64,000 nt of DNA. Origin: an uncultured Actinomycetota bacterium. GTDB taxonomy: Bacteria; Actinomycetota; Actinomycetes; Mycobacteriales; Mycobacteriaceae. Position numbers and translations under genes: made by a program. How positions within the stretch are numbered: the stretch's first letter is position 1; every line of letters starts with the position of its first letter. This document shows, piece by piece, positions 29,003 through 38,824 of the stretch. Location of the stretch: positions 10,543 to 74,542 of the forward strand of contig CAVYPB010000024.1 in the NCBI GenBank assembly GCA_963770305.1, read 5' to 3'. The notes beneath the pieces were generated by a model. That model made no database searches. It was not told the origin of the DNA and saw only the letters and a program-made list of their open reading frames with translations.

Positions 29003-29563
29003 TCAGACCGTGCGCAAGCTGCTGACAGGTAACGGTTTGACCACGTCGCGGGCGCCAAGACCGGCCAGTTCAAGCACCACTGCGGCGGCCGTGACCGTCG
29101 CGCCACCCGCGCTGAGCAGCCGGGCAGTGGCCGCGATCGTGCCCCCGGTGGCCAGCACGTCGTCAATGATGACGACGTTGCGCCCGGCCAGCTCAATGCC
29201 TTCCGCCGGAATTTCCAGTACGGCCGTGCCGTACTCGAGGTTGTACGTCTCGCTGAGCACCGGCGGCGGTAGCTTGCCCCCTTTTCGCACCGCCAGGACG
29301 CCTGTGCCCAGCCGCAGGGCGACAGCGCCGGCAAGCAGGAAGCCACGTGCGTCGACCCCGGCGACGAGGTCGGCGCCGGACGCGACGTCGGCGAGCGCGT
29401 CGGTCACCGCCGCGAAGCCACCGTCATCGGCGAACAGTGGAGACAGGTCCTTGAACTGAATACCCGGCGAGGGAAAGTCCGCCACCTCGCGGGTCAGTGA
29501 CGAAATCAGCCGTGAGATCTCGGTGCCTGATGTCGCCGACTCCGCGGCTCCGGTCTCGCTCAT
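29003..29563 (-). CDS. apt: Adenine phosphoribosyltransferase
   Basis: [23 protein letters not shown] motif [12 protein letters not shown]; ATGA overlap with the upstream gene. Confidence 0.96.
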   Translation of the reverse strand: MSETGAAESATSGTEISRLISSLTREVADFPSPGIQFKDLSPLFADDGGFAAVTDALADVASGADLVAGVDARGFLLAGAVALRLGTGVLAVRKGGKLPPPVLSETYNLEYGTAVLEIPAEGIELAGRNVVIIDDVLATGGTIAATARLLSAGGATVTAAAVVLELAGLGARDVVKPLPVSSLRTV

Positions 29564-31257
29564 CGCGACAGCACCCAGCGGTCCATGTTCCACCCCGCAC
29601 CCCATCGAGTCGGATTGCTGCTCACCGCATACATCTTCTTCGAAGTCAGCAGGGTCCGCTGCTGACGATAGAGCGGAAGCGTCGGCATGTCGGCCCACAG
29701 GATCGATCCGCCCTCGCCAAGCAGCCGGGAAAGTTCCTTCGGGTCGGCGATCACTGCCGTCGACGCGATGATGCCGTCGATGCGCTCGTTGGAGTAGCCC
29801 GACAGGTTGTTGCCGTTGCCGGTGTGCAGGTCGTAGGCGTCCATCGTCGACGAGCCCGTCGATCCGCTGCCTGCGGCGCCACCGGTGCTGGCGATCAGCA
29901 CGTCAATCTTGTTGTCGCGCAGACTCAGCGGGCCGATGGTGTCCGATGCGGCGTCCTGCACCGTGATTCCGGCCGGGGCGCAGGCCTTGGCGATCGCACC
30001 GACCGTCGCGGCCAGCCGCGCATTCGGGCTCTGATAGCCGATGCGCACGGTCAGCGGCTGCCCATTGATCGCGGCGCGGGCGGCGTCGGGATTGGCGACG
30101 ACGAACTGGCCGGCCTCAACCGCTCCCTCGGACGCGCCGAATGCATCCTCGGTCGCGGGGTTGAGGCGGGCGTTGGCAATCGGCAACGACGCGTTCTTGG
30201 CGATCACGTCGCGCGGCGTGCACAGCGCAAGCGCCCGCCGAGCGGGCGGGCCGGCCAACGGGCCCTCTGGCGCGAAGATGAGCTGCTCGATGCCCGCCGA
30301 TGGCGAGTCGGTACGGACGTAGTCGTCGGGCAGGTTCAGCGTTCCCGACGAGCCCGCCGCGATATCGACCACGTCGTAGCCGCCCTGGTTGACGCGGTCC
30401 TGGATGTCGGCGCCTCGTGGCCACACGGTGATCTTGGTAGTGACGGGCTTGGCGCCCCACCACTTGTCGTTGGCGACCAGGACGACAGAGCCGTCCTTGC
30501 TGACCGACTCGATCTTGAAGGGCCCTGACGCCGGGAACCGCTTGGGGTCGAAGTCCTCGGAGCTGAGATTCCAGGTGTTGTTCCACACCTGTGCGATGCG
30601 TTCGACGGCCGGGCCGTCGTTGTTGAGGAGCGCAGTGGTGACGTCGATGCCGAGTTCGTCGGAGATGACATGCGACGGCATCATCGACGTCGCCCCGAAC
30701 AACTGGCCGAAGTCGACGAACCCACGGTCTTGTGCGAACGTCACCCGCGCCTTCTTCTGTCCCGGCGCGCAGTCGACGGAGGCGATATCGCTGTAGCCGG
30801 CCCGGTTGGCCGCGTCGAACCCAGGAAGCCGACCGGACTGCGACGCCCACGCCAGGACTATGTCGTCGCAGGTGATCGGCTTGCCGTCGGAGTACACCGC
30901 GCTGGCACTGATCTCGTAGTCGAGCACCAGCGGCGCGCGTCCGACCACCGAGACGGAGCCGAAGTCGTGGTCGCCGACGATCTGGCCGTCGGGTCCGTGG
31001 TAGTTGAAGCCGGTCAGCACTCGGGCGAACGCCTGAGGCCCACCCGACGCGGCGCCCGCGACGGTGTTGGTGTTGTAGGTGACCAGCGTGCCGTCGACGG
31101 CATATTTGATGGTGTCAGCGGGACTTCCCGAGCACGCCGACAAGCCCAGCCCGCCGAACAGCGACAGCACGGCCGCCGCAATGACGCCCCGGCTCCGGAC
31201 TGGGGGCACTCCCCTCGCCCTCGCGCGCTGGGGGCCCACCCTCTTGCGGGGGACCAT
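29560..31257 (-). CDS. ABC transporter family-5 substrate-binding lipoprotein (Rv2585c-like)
   Basis: Lipobox LSAC; '[18 protein letters not shown]'; [14 protein letters not shown]; synteny. Confidence 0.92.
   Translation of the reverse strand: MVPRKRVGPQRARARGVPPVRSRGVIAAAVLSLFGGLGLSACSGSPADTIKYAVDGTLVTYNTNTVAGAASGGPQAFARVLTGFNYHGPDGQIVGDHDFGSVSVVGRAPLVLDYEISASAVYSDGKPITCDDIVLAWASQSGRLPGFDAANRAGYSDIASVDCAPGQKKARVTFAQDRGFVDFGQLFGATSMMPSHVISDELGIDVTTALLNNDGPAVERIAQVWNNTWNLSSEDFDPKRFPASGPFKIESVSKDGSVVLVANDKWWGAKPVTTKITVWPRGADIQDRVNQGGYDVVDIAAGSSGTLNLPDDYVRTDSPSAGIEQLIFAPEGPLAGPPARRALALCTPRDVIAKNASLPIANARLNPATEDAFGASEGAVEAGQFVVANPDAARAAINGQPLTVRIGYQSPNARLAATVGAIAKACAPAGITVQDAASDTIGPLSLRDNKIDVLIASTGGAAGSGSTGSSTMDAYDLHTGNGNNLSGYSNERIDGIIASTAVIADPKELSRLLGEGGSILWADMPTLPLYRQQRTLLTSKKMYAVSSNPTRWGAGWNMDRWVLSR
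31201..31253. repeat. GC-rich mycobacterial dispersed repeat inside the 5' end of the lipoprotein gene
   Basis: TGGGGGCACTCCC...TGGGGGCCCACCCTCTTGCGGGGGA; same GGGGG-YAC-CCC...GGGGGA pattern as 63113-63191. Confidence 0.6.
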
Positions 31258-31262
31258 CGGCC

Positions 31263-32513
31263 CTACCGCCGCCGGGTGTTTCGCTTACCCGACGGTCGTC
31301 CGGTCCTGCTGGCGGTCGGCCGGACAGGCCGCGCCCCGGGCGCGGGCTTCTCTGGAGCCGGCTTGCTGGCCACCGACGCGGCCGCCAGGGCCTCCGGCTC
31401 GGCGTCCTGCCCCACCTCGGCGGCCTTGGTGGGCTTGCGGCGGTTGAGTACGCGCCGGGTGTGCGTGCGAACGAGCCCGGTGCGCTCGCGCAGCGTCACC
31501 AGCAGCGGGGTGGCCAAGAAGATCGACGAGTAGCTGCCGACGATGACACCGACCAGCTGCACCAGGGCCAGATCCTTCAGCGTGCCGACCCCGAGCAGCC
31601 ACACCGCGACGATCATCAGCGCGATGATCGGCAGCACCGAGATCAGGCTGGTATTGATCGACCGCATGAACGTCTGGTTGATCGCCAGGTTGGCCTGTTC
31701 GGCGAAGGTGCGACGGGTGGTGTGTTCGAAGCCGTGGGTGTTCTCCTCGACCTTGTCGAACACGATGACGGTGTCGTAGAGCGAGAAGCCGAGGATCGTC
31801 AGCAGGCCGATCACGGTGGCAGGGGTGACCTCGAAGCCCACCAGCGAGTACACACCCGCGGTGGTGACCAGGTCGAAGAACATCGTCGCCAGCGCGGACA
31901 TCGCCATGTACCGCTCGTACCGCACCGTGATGTAGATGGTGACGAGCACGAGGAACACCACCAGCGCGATGACCGCCTTCTTGGTGATCTGCCCGCCCCA
32001 CGTCTCCGACACCGCCGAGTCGCTGATGACCTGCTTGGACGGCTGGCCGTCGGAGCCCTTCGGCTGGAACGCGTCGAACAACGCGGTGCGCAGTTTTTCG
32101 GTCTCCTGGTTGGTCAGCGTTTCCGAGCGGATCTGCACGGTCGCCGAGCCGCCGCTGCCGACGACCACCACGGATTCGGCCGACTTGCCGAGCGCCTTGC
32201 TGAACACATCCTCGACCTGCTGGACACTGACCGTGCCCGTCGCGCCGGCGGTAGGCATCGACACCTTCGTGCCGCCCTCGAAATCGATGCCGAAGGTGAA
32301 GCCGCGCAACACGATGCTCGCGATCGCCACCGCAACGATCAGGCCGCTGACCGAGAACCAGAACTTGCGTCGCCCGATGACCTCGAACGCGCCGGTGCCG
32401 GTATACAGCCGGACGAAGAAGCCGTGCCGTGGCGCACCCGCGGCGGTGGCTTCGAGGTCGGGCGCCTCGACGCCGGTGATCTCGGTCTCGTCCCGAGAAT
32501 GTTTGGCGGTCAT
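31263..32513 (-). CDS. secF: Protein translocase subunit SecF
   Basis: GIDFEGG, SLYDTVIVFDKVEEN, RSINTS. Confidence 0.97.
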   Translation of the reverse strand: MTAKHSRDETEITGVEAPDLEATAAGAPRHGFFVRLYTGTGAFEVIGRRKFWFSVSGLIVAVAIASIVLRGFTFGIDFEGGTKVSMPTAGATGTVSVQQVEDVFSKALGKSAESVVVVGSGGSATVQIRSETLTNQETEKLRTALFDAFQPKGSDGQPSKQVISDSAVSETWGGQITKKAVIALVVFLVLVTIYITVRYERYMAMSALATMFFDLVTTAGVYSLVGFEVTPATVIGLLTILGFSLYDTVIVFDKVEENTHGFEHTTRRTFAEQANLAINQTFMRSINTSLISVLPIIALMIVAVWLLGVGTLKDLALVQLVGVIVGSYSSIFLATPLLVTLRERTGLVRTHTRRVLNRRKPTKAAEVGQDAEPEALAAASVASKPAPEKPAPGARPVRPTASRTGRPSGKRNTRRR

Positions 32514-32517
32514 CTCG

Positions 32518-34311
32518 CTATCCCCGTCCCGTCGCGTCTGCGGCCGCTCGTCGTTCGCGCGCGATCTGCTGCACCGCCCCGAGCCCGTTCAACGCCGGCT
32601 TGGCCAGCGTCGGCGACTTCGATGCGAGGTACACCAGCGGCCAGGTCACCAGGAACACCACGACGACGTCGAGAATCGTGGTCAGGCCCAGCGTGAACGC
32701 GAAGCCCTTGACCTGGCCGACCGCCAGGAAGTAGAGCACCGCGGCAGCCAGGAAGCTGACCGCGTTGCCCGAGAGGATCGTCTTACGCGCCCTGGCCCAG
32801 CCGCGCGGCACTGCCGAGCGGAACGAACGCCCTTCGCGTATCTCGTCTTTGATGCGTTCGAAGAAGACCACGAACGAGTCGGCTGTCGTGCCGATACCGA
32901 TGATCAGACCGGCGATACCCGCCAGATCGAGCGTGTAGTTGATGTATCTGCCGAGCAACACAAGGATTGCGAAAACCATTGCGCCGGAAGCGACCAGCGA
33001 CAGCGCGGTCAACAATCCGAGCACTCGGTAATACAGCAGCGAATACAACAACACCAGTGCAAGACCGATCGCGCCGGCGATCAGCCCTGCCCGCAGCGAG
33101 GTCAAACCGAGTGTCGCGGAGACGGTTTCGGCCTCCGAAGATTCGAACGACAGCGGCAACGAGCCGTACTTCAGCACGTTGGCCAGTTCGCGGGCCGAGT
33201 CGGCGGTGAACCGGCCGGTGATCTGCGTGCGCCCACCCGGGATGGCTTCCTGGATCGCCGGCGCGCTGACCACCTGCGAGTCGAGCACGAACGCAGTCTG
33301 GGTGCCGACGTTGGCGGCGGTGAAGTCCGCCCAGATCTTGGAGGCGTCGCTCTTGAACTGAACGTCGACGACGTATTGGCCTTGTTGCTGATCCAGACCC
33401 GAGGTGGCGTTCTCGATCTGCTCACCGCTGATGATCGACTTGTCCAGCAGATAGACCTCTTTGTGGTCCTGCGAGCATGTCACCAACGGAAGGTTCGGGT
33501 CGTCGTTTCCGGCCAGCACATCCTCGTCGTTGCAGCGGGTGGCCTGGAACTGCAGCGCCAGGATCTGGATCTGCTGATCGGCGCTCTGCCGCAGCTGCTT
33601 CTCGTCGGCAATGCGAGACGCCAGGTCTTTCTTGTCGGGCGGCGGCGGTGTGGCCGGCCGCGCAGGCGGAGCTCCCGGCGTGGGCCGGGGCGGTGCGGGT
33701 GTCGGCGGCGGCTCCTGCGGATACGGCCGAGGTTGCGGTGCCGGAGTCTCCGGCGGCGGGGCCTGTTCGGCGGGTGACGGCGGTGACACGGGCGCGCCGG
33801 GCTCGGCCGGAGCGATGGGCGGTAGGCCGGGCGGCGCCTCCGGCGCGCCTGGTGGCGATCCTGGTGGCGATCCCGGTGCGCCAGGCGGCGCACCGCCCGG
33901 CGGCCCGGCGGTCGGTGGCTGCTGGCCCTGGGCCGGAATCACGTGGATCACCGGCCTGATGTACAGCCGCGCCGTCTGTCCCAGGTTGCGGGCCTCGCTG
34001 CTGTCGTTGCCCGGCACGGTGATGACCAGATTGGAGCCGTCGATGATGACCTCGGACCCGGACACACCAAGGCCGTTCACACGGGCGCTGATGATCTGCT
34101 GCGCCTGGTTGAGCGCCTCGCGGGTAGGCGCCGAGCCGTCCGGTGTGCGTGCGGTCAGCGTGACGCGGGTGCCGCCCTGCAAGTCGATGCCGAGCTTGGC
34201 TTTGGGCTGCTTGTCGCCGGTCAGGAACACCAATAGGTATACGCCGACGAGCAGCACCAAAAAGAACGTCAGGTAGCGGGCAGGGTGCACCGGCGCCGAA
34301 GTCGATGCCAC
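32518..34311 (-). CDS. secD: Protein translocase subunit SecD
   Basis: [38 protein letters not shown]; Pro-rich insert. Confidence 0.97.
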   Translation of the reverse strand: MASTSAPVHPARYLTFFLVLLVGVYLLVFLTGDKQPKAKLGIDLQGGTRVTLTARTPDGSAPTREALNQAQQIISARVNGLGVSGSEVIIDGSNLVITVPGNDSSEARNLGQTARLYIRPVIHVIPAQGQQPPTAGPPGGAPPGAPGSPPGSPPGAPEAPPGLPPIAPAEPGAPVSPPSPAEQAPPPETPAPQPRPYPQEPPPTPAPPRPTPGAPPARPATPPPPDKKDLASRIADEKQLRQSADQQIQILALQFQATRCNDEDVLAGNDDPNLPLVTCSQDHKEVYLLDKSIISGEQIENATSGLDQQQGQYVVDVQFKSDASKIWADFTAANVGTQTAFVLDSQVVSAPAIQEAIPGGRTQITGRFTADSARELANVLKYGSLPLSFESSEAETVSATLGLTSLRAGLIAGAIGLALVLLYSLLYYRVLGLLTALSLVASGAMVFAILVLLGRYINYTLDLAGIAGLIIGIGTTADSFVVFFERIKDEIREGRSFRSAVPRGWARARKTILSGNAVSFLAAAVLYFLAVGQVKGFAFTLGLTTILDVVVVFLVTWPLVYLASKSPTLAKPALNGLGAVQQIARERRAAADATGRG

Positions 34312-34377
34312 GTTTCCTCAGGTCTCCTCGAGATCAGTTCGTCAGCACCGCAAAGGGTACGTGCTTGCGCTGGGTAG

Positions 34378-34746
34378 TTAGCCGTCAGTCTTGTGGTTCG
34401 GGCTCTCGGTGACCTCGGTGGCGGTCGATTCGTGAGCTTCGTAGTCAACGTCGGCGTCGTCGGCGTCGTCGGTGTCGTCGTCGAAGTCGTCGACGATGCG
34501 GTCACGCACCGCGAGCTTCATCCACGTGGTGACCACGCCGGGCGCGATCTCCAGATCGACGTTGTCGTCGGTGATGCCGGCGATGGTGCCCTGCAGCCCC
34601 GACGTGGTGTGCACGCGGTCACCGATCTTCAGCGAATTGTGCAGGTCAATGGTGGCCTGCATCGCTTTCTTCTGGCGTCGCGACGCGAAGAACATGAACG
34701 CGCCCAGGATAAGGATCAGGGGTAGGAACAGAGTCAATTCGCCCAT
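34378..34746 (-). CDS. yajC: Preprotein translocase subunit YajC
   Basis: N-terminal TM, RRQKK, LKIGDRVHTTSGLQGTI. Confidence 0.95.
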   Translation of the reverse strand: MGELTLFLPLILILGAFMFFASRRQKKAMQATIDLHNSLKIGDRVHTTSGLQGTIAGITDDNVDLEIAPGVVTTWMKLAVRDRIVDDFDDDTDDADDADVDYEAHESTATEVTESPNHKTDG

Positions 34747-34885
34747 GGCGGCAGCTGTCTTTCGTGTCGGTCTTGATCACGGCGCCCGACCGGCAGGTCA
34801 GGGGCCTCGTCGTTGACCAGTGTGCCATTGCCGCTATCGGCGGCCGAGCCCCCGGTCGCCTGCGACCTGCTGTTAGCGTCACGAA

Positions 34886-35287
34886 GTGCTCGGACACGTC
34901 GGCATCGATGTTCCCGACCTGGGTGCTGTGAAGCATTACGACGCCGCGATCATGCCACTGGTCGGATTCGAGATGTACATCGACGCCGACGACCAGTTCG
35001 CGTACCGCCCAATGGCCGGCAAGCTGGGCACCTACCTGTCTTTCTACCCATCGGCCGAGCAGTCGCGGTACTCGCGACACCGCACCGCCCTTCAACACCT
35101 GGCGTTCATGGTGCCGACCCGCTCGGCGGTGAATTCCGTCCACACCGTCGTCGCCGAACTCGCGGCCTCGGCGGGAGTGTGGCGCACGAGCCGCAGGTCT
35201 TCCCTCAATATCTACAGCCCTACGTCGCTCTGGCTCGGCCCGTGGGCCTTCATGCTGGAAGCGGTATGCCATCACGACCGCGACTGA
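34886..35287 (+). pseudogene. VOC/glyoxalase family gene with a pair of compensating frameshifts (ORF still open)
   Basis: LGHVGIDV, LQHLAF and MLEAVCH are in the main frame; the expected LGGSVAHEPQVFPQYLQPY is in another frame at 35167-35223. Confidence 0.7.
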
Positions 35288-35437
35288 CCGTGCACAACGA
35301 AATCCGTTGCCGCAATCCAATCCGGCCAACGGTTCCGCTATTCGGTGCCGAAGTTTTCGATCGGATCGGTGCGTCTCAGACTAGGCTCAAACGGCAATGC
35401 GGCATTCGTCGAACCCACCGGTCATCAGGAGGCTTCA

Positions 35438-36778
35438 TTGAGCACCCTCGAGCAGAGCCGCTACCTCGCCACCGCGATTCCCGGTCCACGGTCACAGGCG
35501 CTGATCGACCGCAAAAGCGCCGCGGTGTCACGCGCGGTCGGCAACACGATGCCCGTCTACGCCGCGCGGGCGTTCGGCGGCATCGTCGAAGACGTCGACG
35601 GCAACCGGCTCATCGACCTGGGCTCGGGCATCGCCGTCACGACGATCGGCAACTCGTCGCCGCGGGTGGTCGAGGCCGTGCGGGACCAGGTAGCCAACTT
35701 CACCCACACCTGCTTCATGATCACGCCGTACGAGGGCTACGTCGCGGTCGCCGAGGAGCTCAACCGGCTCACGCCGGGCAGTGGCGAGAAACGGTCGGCG
35801 CTGTTCAACTCGGGGTCGGAGGCGGTGGAGAACGCCGTCAAGGTCGCCAGGACGTACACCCACAAGCAGGCGGTGGTGTCGTTCGACCACGCCTATCACG
35901 GCCGCACCAACCTGACCATGGCGCTGACCGCGAAGTCGATGCCCTACAAGCACGGGTTCGGCCCGTTCGCCCCGGAGATCTACCGGGCGCCGCTGTCCTA
36001 CCCGTTCCGCGACGCGGAGTTCGGCAAGGAAATGGCCACCGACGGCGAGGTGGCCGCCAAGCGGGCCATCAGCGTGATGGACAAGCAGGTCGGCGCCGAT
36101 AACCTGGCCGCGGTCATCATCGAGCCCATCCAGGGTGAGGGCGGCTTCATCGTCCCCGCCGACGGCTTCCTACCCGCCCTGCTGGATTGGTGCCGCAAGA
36201 ACAACGTGGTGTTCATCGCCGACGAAGTGCAGACCGGGTTCGCCCGCACCGGCGCGATGTTCGCCTGCGAACACGAAGGCATCGAACCCGACCTGATCTG
36301 CACCGCCAAGGGCATCGCCGACGGGCTGCCGCTGTCGGGGGTCACCGGCCGCGCCGAGATCATGGACGCACCACATGTCAGCGGGCTGGGTGGCACCTAC
36401 GGCGGCAACCCGGTTGCGTGCGCTGCGGCACTGGCCACGATCGAGACGATCGAGGCCGACGGCCTCGTGGAGCGCGCTCGGCAGATCGAACAGCTGATGA
36501 AGGACCGGCTGTGCCGGCTGCAGGGCGACGACGACCGGATCGGTGATGTGCGCGGCCGAGGCGCGATGATCGCGATGGAGTTGGTCAAGCCGGGCACCTT
36601 CGACCCCGACGCCGAGCTCACCAAAGCGCTGTGCGCTGGGTGCCACACCGCGGGTGTGATCGTGTTGTCCTGTGGGACATTTGGCAACGTCTTGCGTTTC
36701 CTGCCGCCGCTGACCATCAGCGACGAGCTTCTCATCGAAGGCCTCGACGTACTCGCATTAGTCCTCGCGGACCTCTAA
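35438..36778 (+). CDS. gabT: 4-aminobutyrate aminotransferase
   Basis: TTG start after AGGAGG; EPIQGEGG, DEVQTGFARTG, PLP Lys in TAKG; syntenic with Rv2589. Confidence 0.94.
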   Translation: MSTLEQSRYLATAIPGPRSQALIDRKSAAVSRAVGNTMPVYAARAFGGIVEDVDGNRLIDLGSGIAVTTIGNSSPRVVEAVRDQVANFTHTCFMITPYEGYVAVAEELNRLTPGSGEKRSALFNSGSEAVENAVKVARTYTHKQAVVSFDHAYHGRTNLTMALTAKSMPYKHGFGPFAPEIYRAPLSYPFRDAEFGKEMATDGEVAAKRAISVMDKQVGADNLAAVIIEPIQGEGGFIVPADGFLPALLDWCRKNNVVFIADEVQTGFARTGAMFACEHEGIEPDLICTAKGIADGLPLSGVTGRAEIMDAPHVSGLGGTYGGNPVACAAALATIETIEADGLVERARQIEQLMKDRLCRLQGDDDRIGDVRGRGAMIAMELVKPGTFDPDAELTKALCAGCHTAGVIVLSCGTFGNVLRFLPPLTISDELLIEGLDVLALVLADL

Positions 36779-36796
36779 AAGGATCAAGGAGCTGAT

Positions 36797-38230
36797 ATGA
36801 CCAAGATTCAGAATTTCATCGGCGGCGAGCTCGTCGATTCCGTCAGCGGTGCAACGATGCCGTTGGTCGACCCGAGCACCGGCGAGGAGTACGCCACCGC
36901 GCCGATCTCGAACGAGCAGGACATCGACAACGCGTATGCCGCCGCCTCCAAGGCATTTGCCGATTGGAAGCGCACCACACCGTCGAGCCGGCAGAAGGCG
37001 CTGCTCGACTTCGCCAACGACGTCGAGAAGAACGCTCAGGTGCTCGTCGAGGCGGAGGGCCGAAATACCGGCAAGCCCAACCACGTCACCATGGCCGAAG
37101 AGATCCCTCCGATGGTCGATCAGATCCGGTTCTTCGCCGGTGCGGCAAGGATGTTGGAGGGCAAATCCGCCGGCGAATACATGGAGAACCACACCTCGTG
37201 GATCCGCCGTGAACCGGTCGGAGTCATCGGCCAGGTGTCGCCGTGGAACTACCCGATGATGATGGCGATCTGGAAGTTCTGTCCGGCGATCGCGGCGGGC
37301 AACACGGTGGTGATCAAACCGAGCGACACGACTCCGGTCACAACGGTGATGCTGGCCGAGATCGCGTCTCGCCACCTTCCGCCGGGAGTGCTGAATGCCG
37401 TTTGCGGCGACCGGAATACGGGTGCGGCGGTCGTCGCGCATCCCACACCGCAGATGGTATCGATCACCGGCTCAGTGGCCGCGGGTCGCGCGGTCGCCGT
37501 CAGCGCGGGCGGCCATCTCAAGCGCACGCATCTCGAACTGGGCGGCAAGGCACCGGTGATCGTGTTCGACGACAGCGACATCGCCATGGCCGCTGAGGGA
37601 ATCGCGACCGCGGGGTATTTCAATGCGGGCCAGGACTGCACGGCGGCGACACGGGTACTTGCGACCGCCAAGGTGGCAGGCGACCTGACGGACGCGTTGG
37701 CGGAGCAGGCCAAGGGTGCGACGACGACGTTCGGCAGGCCCGCCGACGACGAGGACGCCTGGGTGCCGCCGGTCAACAACGTCAACCAGATGGAGCGCGT
37801 ACTGTCCTTCTTCACCGACGTGCCGTCACACGCCAAGGTCGCGGTCGGCGGACAACGCCAGGGCGACAAGGGTTTCTACGTTGAGCCGACGGTCATCGGC
37901 GGATTGCTTCAGGATGACCGGCTGGTGCAACAGGAGATCTTCGGACCCGTGATCACCGTACAGTCGTTCTCCGACGAGGACGAGGCGATCGCTTGGGCCA
38001 ACGGCACGGAGTACGGCCTGGCGTCGTCGGTGTGGACGCGCGACGTGTCACGGGCACTGCGGGTGTCGGCGGCGCTGGACTTCGGGTGCGTATGGATCAA
38101 CACCCACATCCCGCTGGTCGCCGAGATGCCGCACGGCGGCTACAAGTCCTCAGGTCACGGCAAGGACCTGTCGATGTACGGCTTCGACGACTACACCCGC
38201 ATCAAACACGTCATGGCCTACACGGGCTAG
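36797..38230 (+). CDS. Gamma-aminobutyraldehyde (aminoaldehyde) dehydrogenase
   Basis: PWNYP, ELGGK, catalytic Cys in [14 protein letters not shown]; co-oriented after gabT. Confidence 0.88.
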   Translation: MTKIQNFIGGELVDSVSGATMPLVDPSTGEEYATAPISNEQDIDNAYAAASKAFADWKRTTPSSRQKALLDFANDVEKNAQVLVEAEGRNTGKPNHVTMAEEIPPMVDQIRFFAGAARMLEGKSAGEYMENHTSWIRREPVGVIGQVSPWNYPMMMAIWKFCPAIAAGNTVVIKPSDTTPVTTVMLAEIASRHLPPGVLNAVCGDRNTGAAVVAHPTPQMVSITGSVAAGRAVAVSAGGHLKRTHLELGGKAPVIVFDDSDIAMAAEGIATAGYFNAGQDCTAATRVLATAKVAGDLTDALAEQAKGATTTFGRPADDEDAWVPPVNNVNQMERVLSFFTDVPSHAKVAVGGQRQGDKGFYVEPTVIGGLLQDDRLVQQEIFGPVITVQSFSDEDEAIAWANGTEYGLASSVWTRDVSRALRVSAALDFGCVWINTHIPLVAEMPHGGYKSSGHGKDLSMYGFDDYTRIKHVMAYTG

Positions 38231-38241
38231 GTTTCTCTGCG

Positions 38242-38299
38242 CGAGCAGACGCAAAGTCCCCTATTTTCTCGGCGTGTCGGGTGATTTTGCGTCTGCTCG
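38242..38299. repeat. Mycobacterial REP-like palindrome between convergent genes
   Basis: Perfect 14-bp arms CGAGCAGACGCAAA and TTTGCGTCTGCTCG. Confidence 0.85.
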
Positions 38300-38321
38300 G
38301 CGCATAGCCGGACGCACGGAG

Positions 38322-38606
38322 CTAGCTCGCGCCGGCGACGAGAGCGGCGACGAACCTGCGGATGTCGTCGACCATCAGTTCCTCGCCATCGACCTCCAGC
38401 TCAATCAGCTTGGCCAAGAGATCGTCGGTGGAACGTCGGCATCGATCGGCGATCATGACGTCGACGTAGTGGTAGAGCTCGTCGCGCGCTTTCGGTGTCA
38501 ACGGACCAGCAGCCCAGCGCGAAAACAGGTGCCAGTCCGGTCGGGGCACGCCCAGCGCCTCGCAGACGGCGGTTATCGAGTTCTGGCGAGTGTTGGTGGT
38601 GGTCAT
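38322..38606 (-). CDS. 94-aa protein resembling an internal segment of cytochrome P450
   Basis: AAGGAGG RBS; 'DDLLAKLIELEVDGEELMVDDIRRFVAALVAG' resembles P450 helices H-I; no heme-binding Cys motif. Confidence 0.7.
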   Translation of the reverse strand: MTTTNTRQNSITAVCEALGVPRPDWHLFSRWAAGPLTPKARDELYHYVDVMIADRCRRSTDDLLAKLIELEVDGEELMVDDIRRFVAALVAGAS

Positions 38607-38824
38607 GCCGGGCCTCCTTGGTTGATCGGGTTGAGTCCACTGTCTCGATCTGCAGGCCAGCGACCATCCGCTCTGAGGCGCAGATCTGCGGAAACAGGGG
38701 CGCAAATCGAGGACGTCCTGCGGCGGCGTTACGGCCGTCGGTTCACCGGGCTGCCGCCGAATGCGCAGGTGGTGGGGCAAGAAATGCGCCTTAGGGCTGA
38801 TGTTTTGCCAATGTTCGGGACCGC

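Noticed and set aside
31936-33777. 613-aa plus-strand ORF across secF/secD
   Set aside because: Antisense shadow of conserved genes.
33620-33930. Pro/Gly-rich low-complexity region with short repeats (GGTGGCGATCC twice) in secD
   Set aside because: A Pro-rich insert is a normal feature of mycobacterial SecD; not an independent element.
34440-34500. GTC-rich near-tandem repeats in yajC
   Set aside because: Explained by the Asp-rich C-terminal tail.
34813-36102. 429-aa ORF spanning the VOC gene and gabT
   Set aside because: Off-frame read; only 35167-35223 is meaningful, as the shifted part of the VOC gene.
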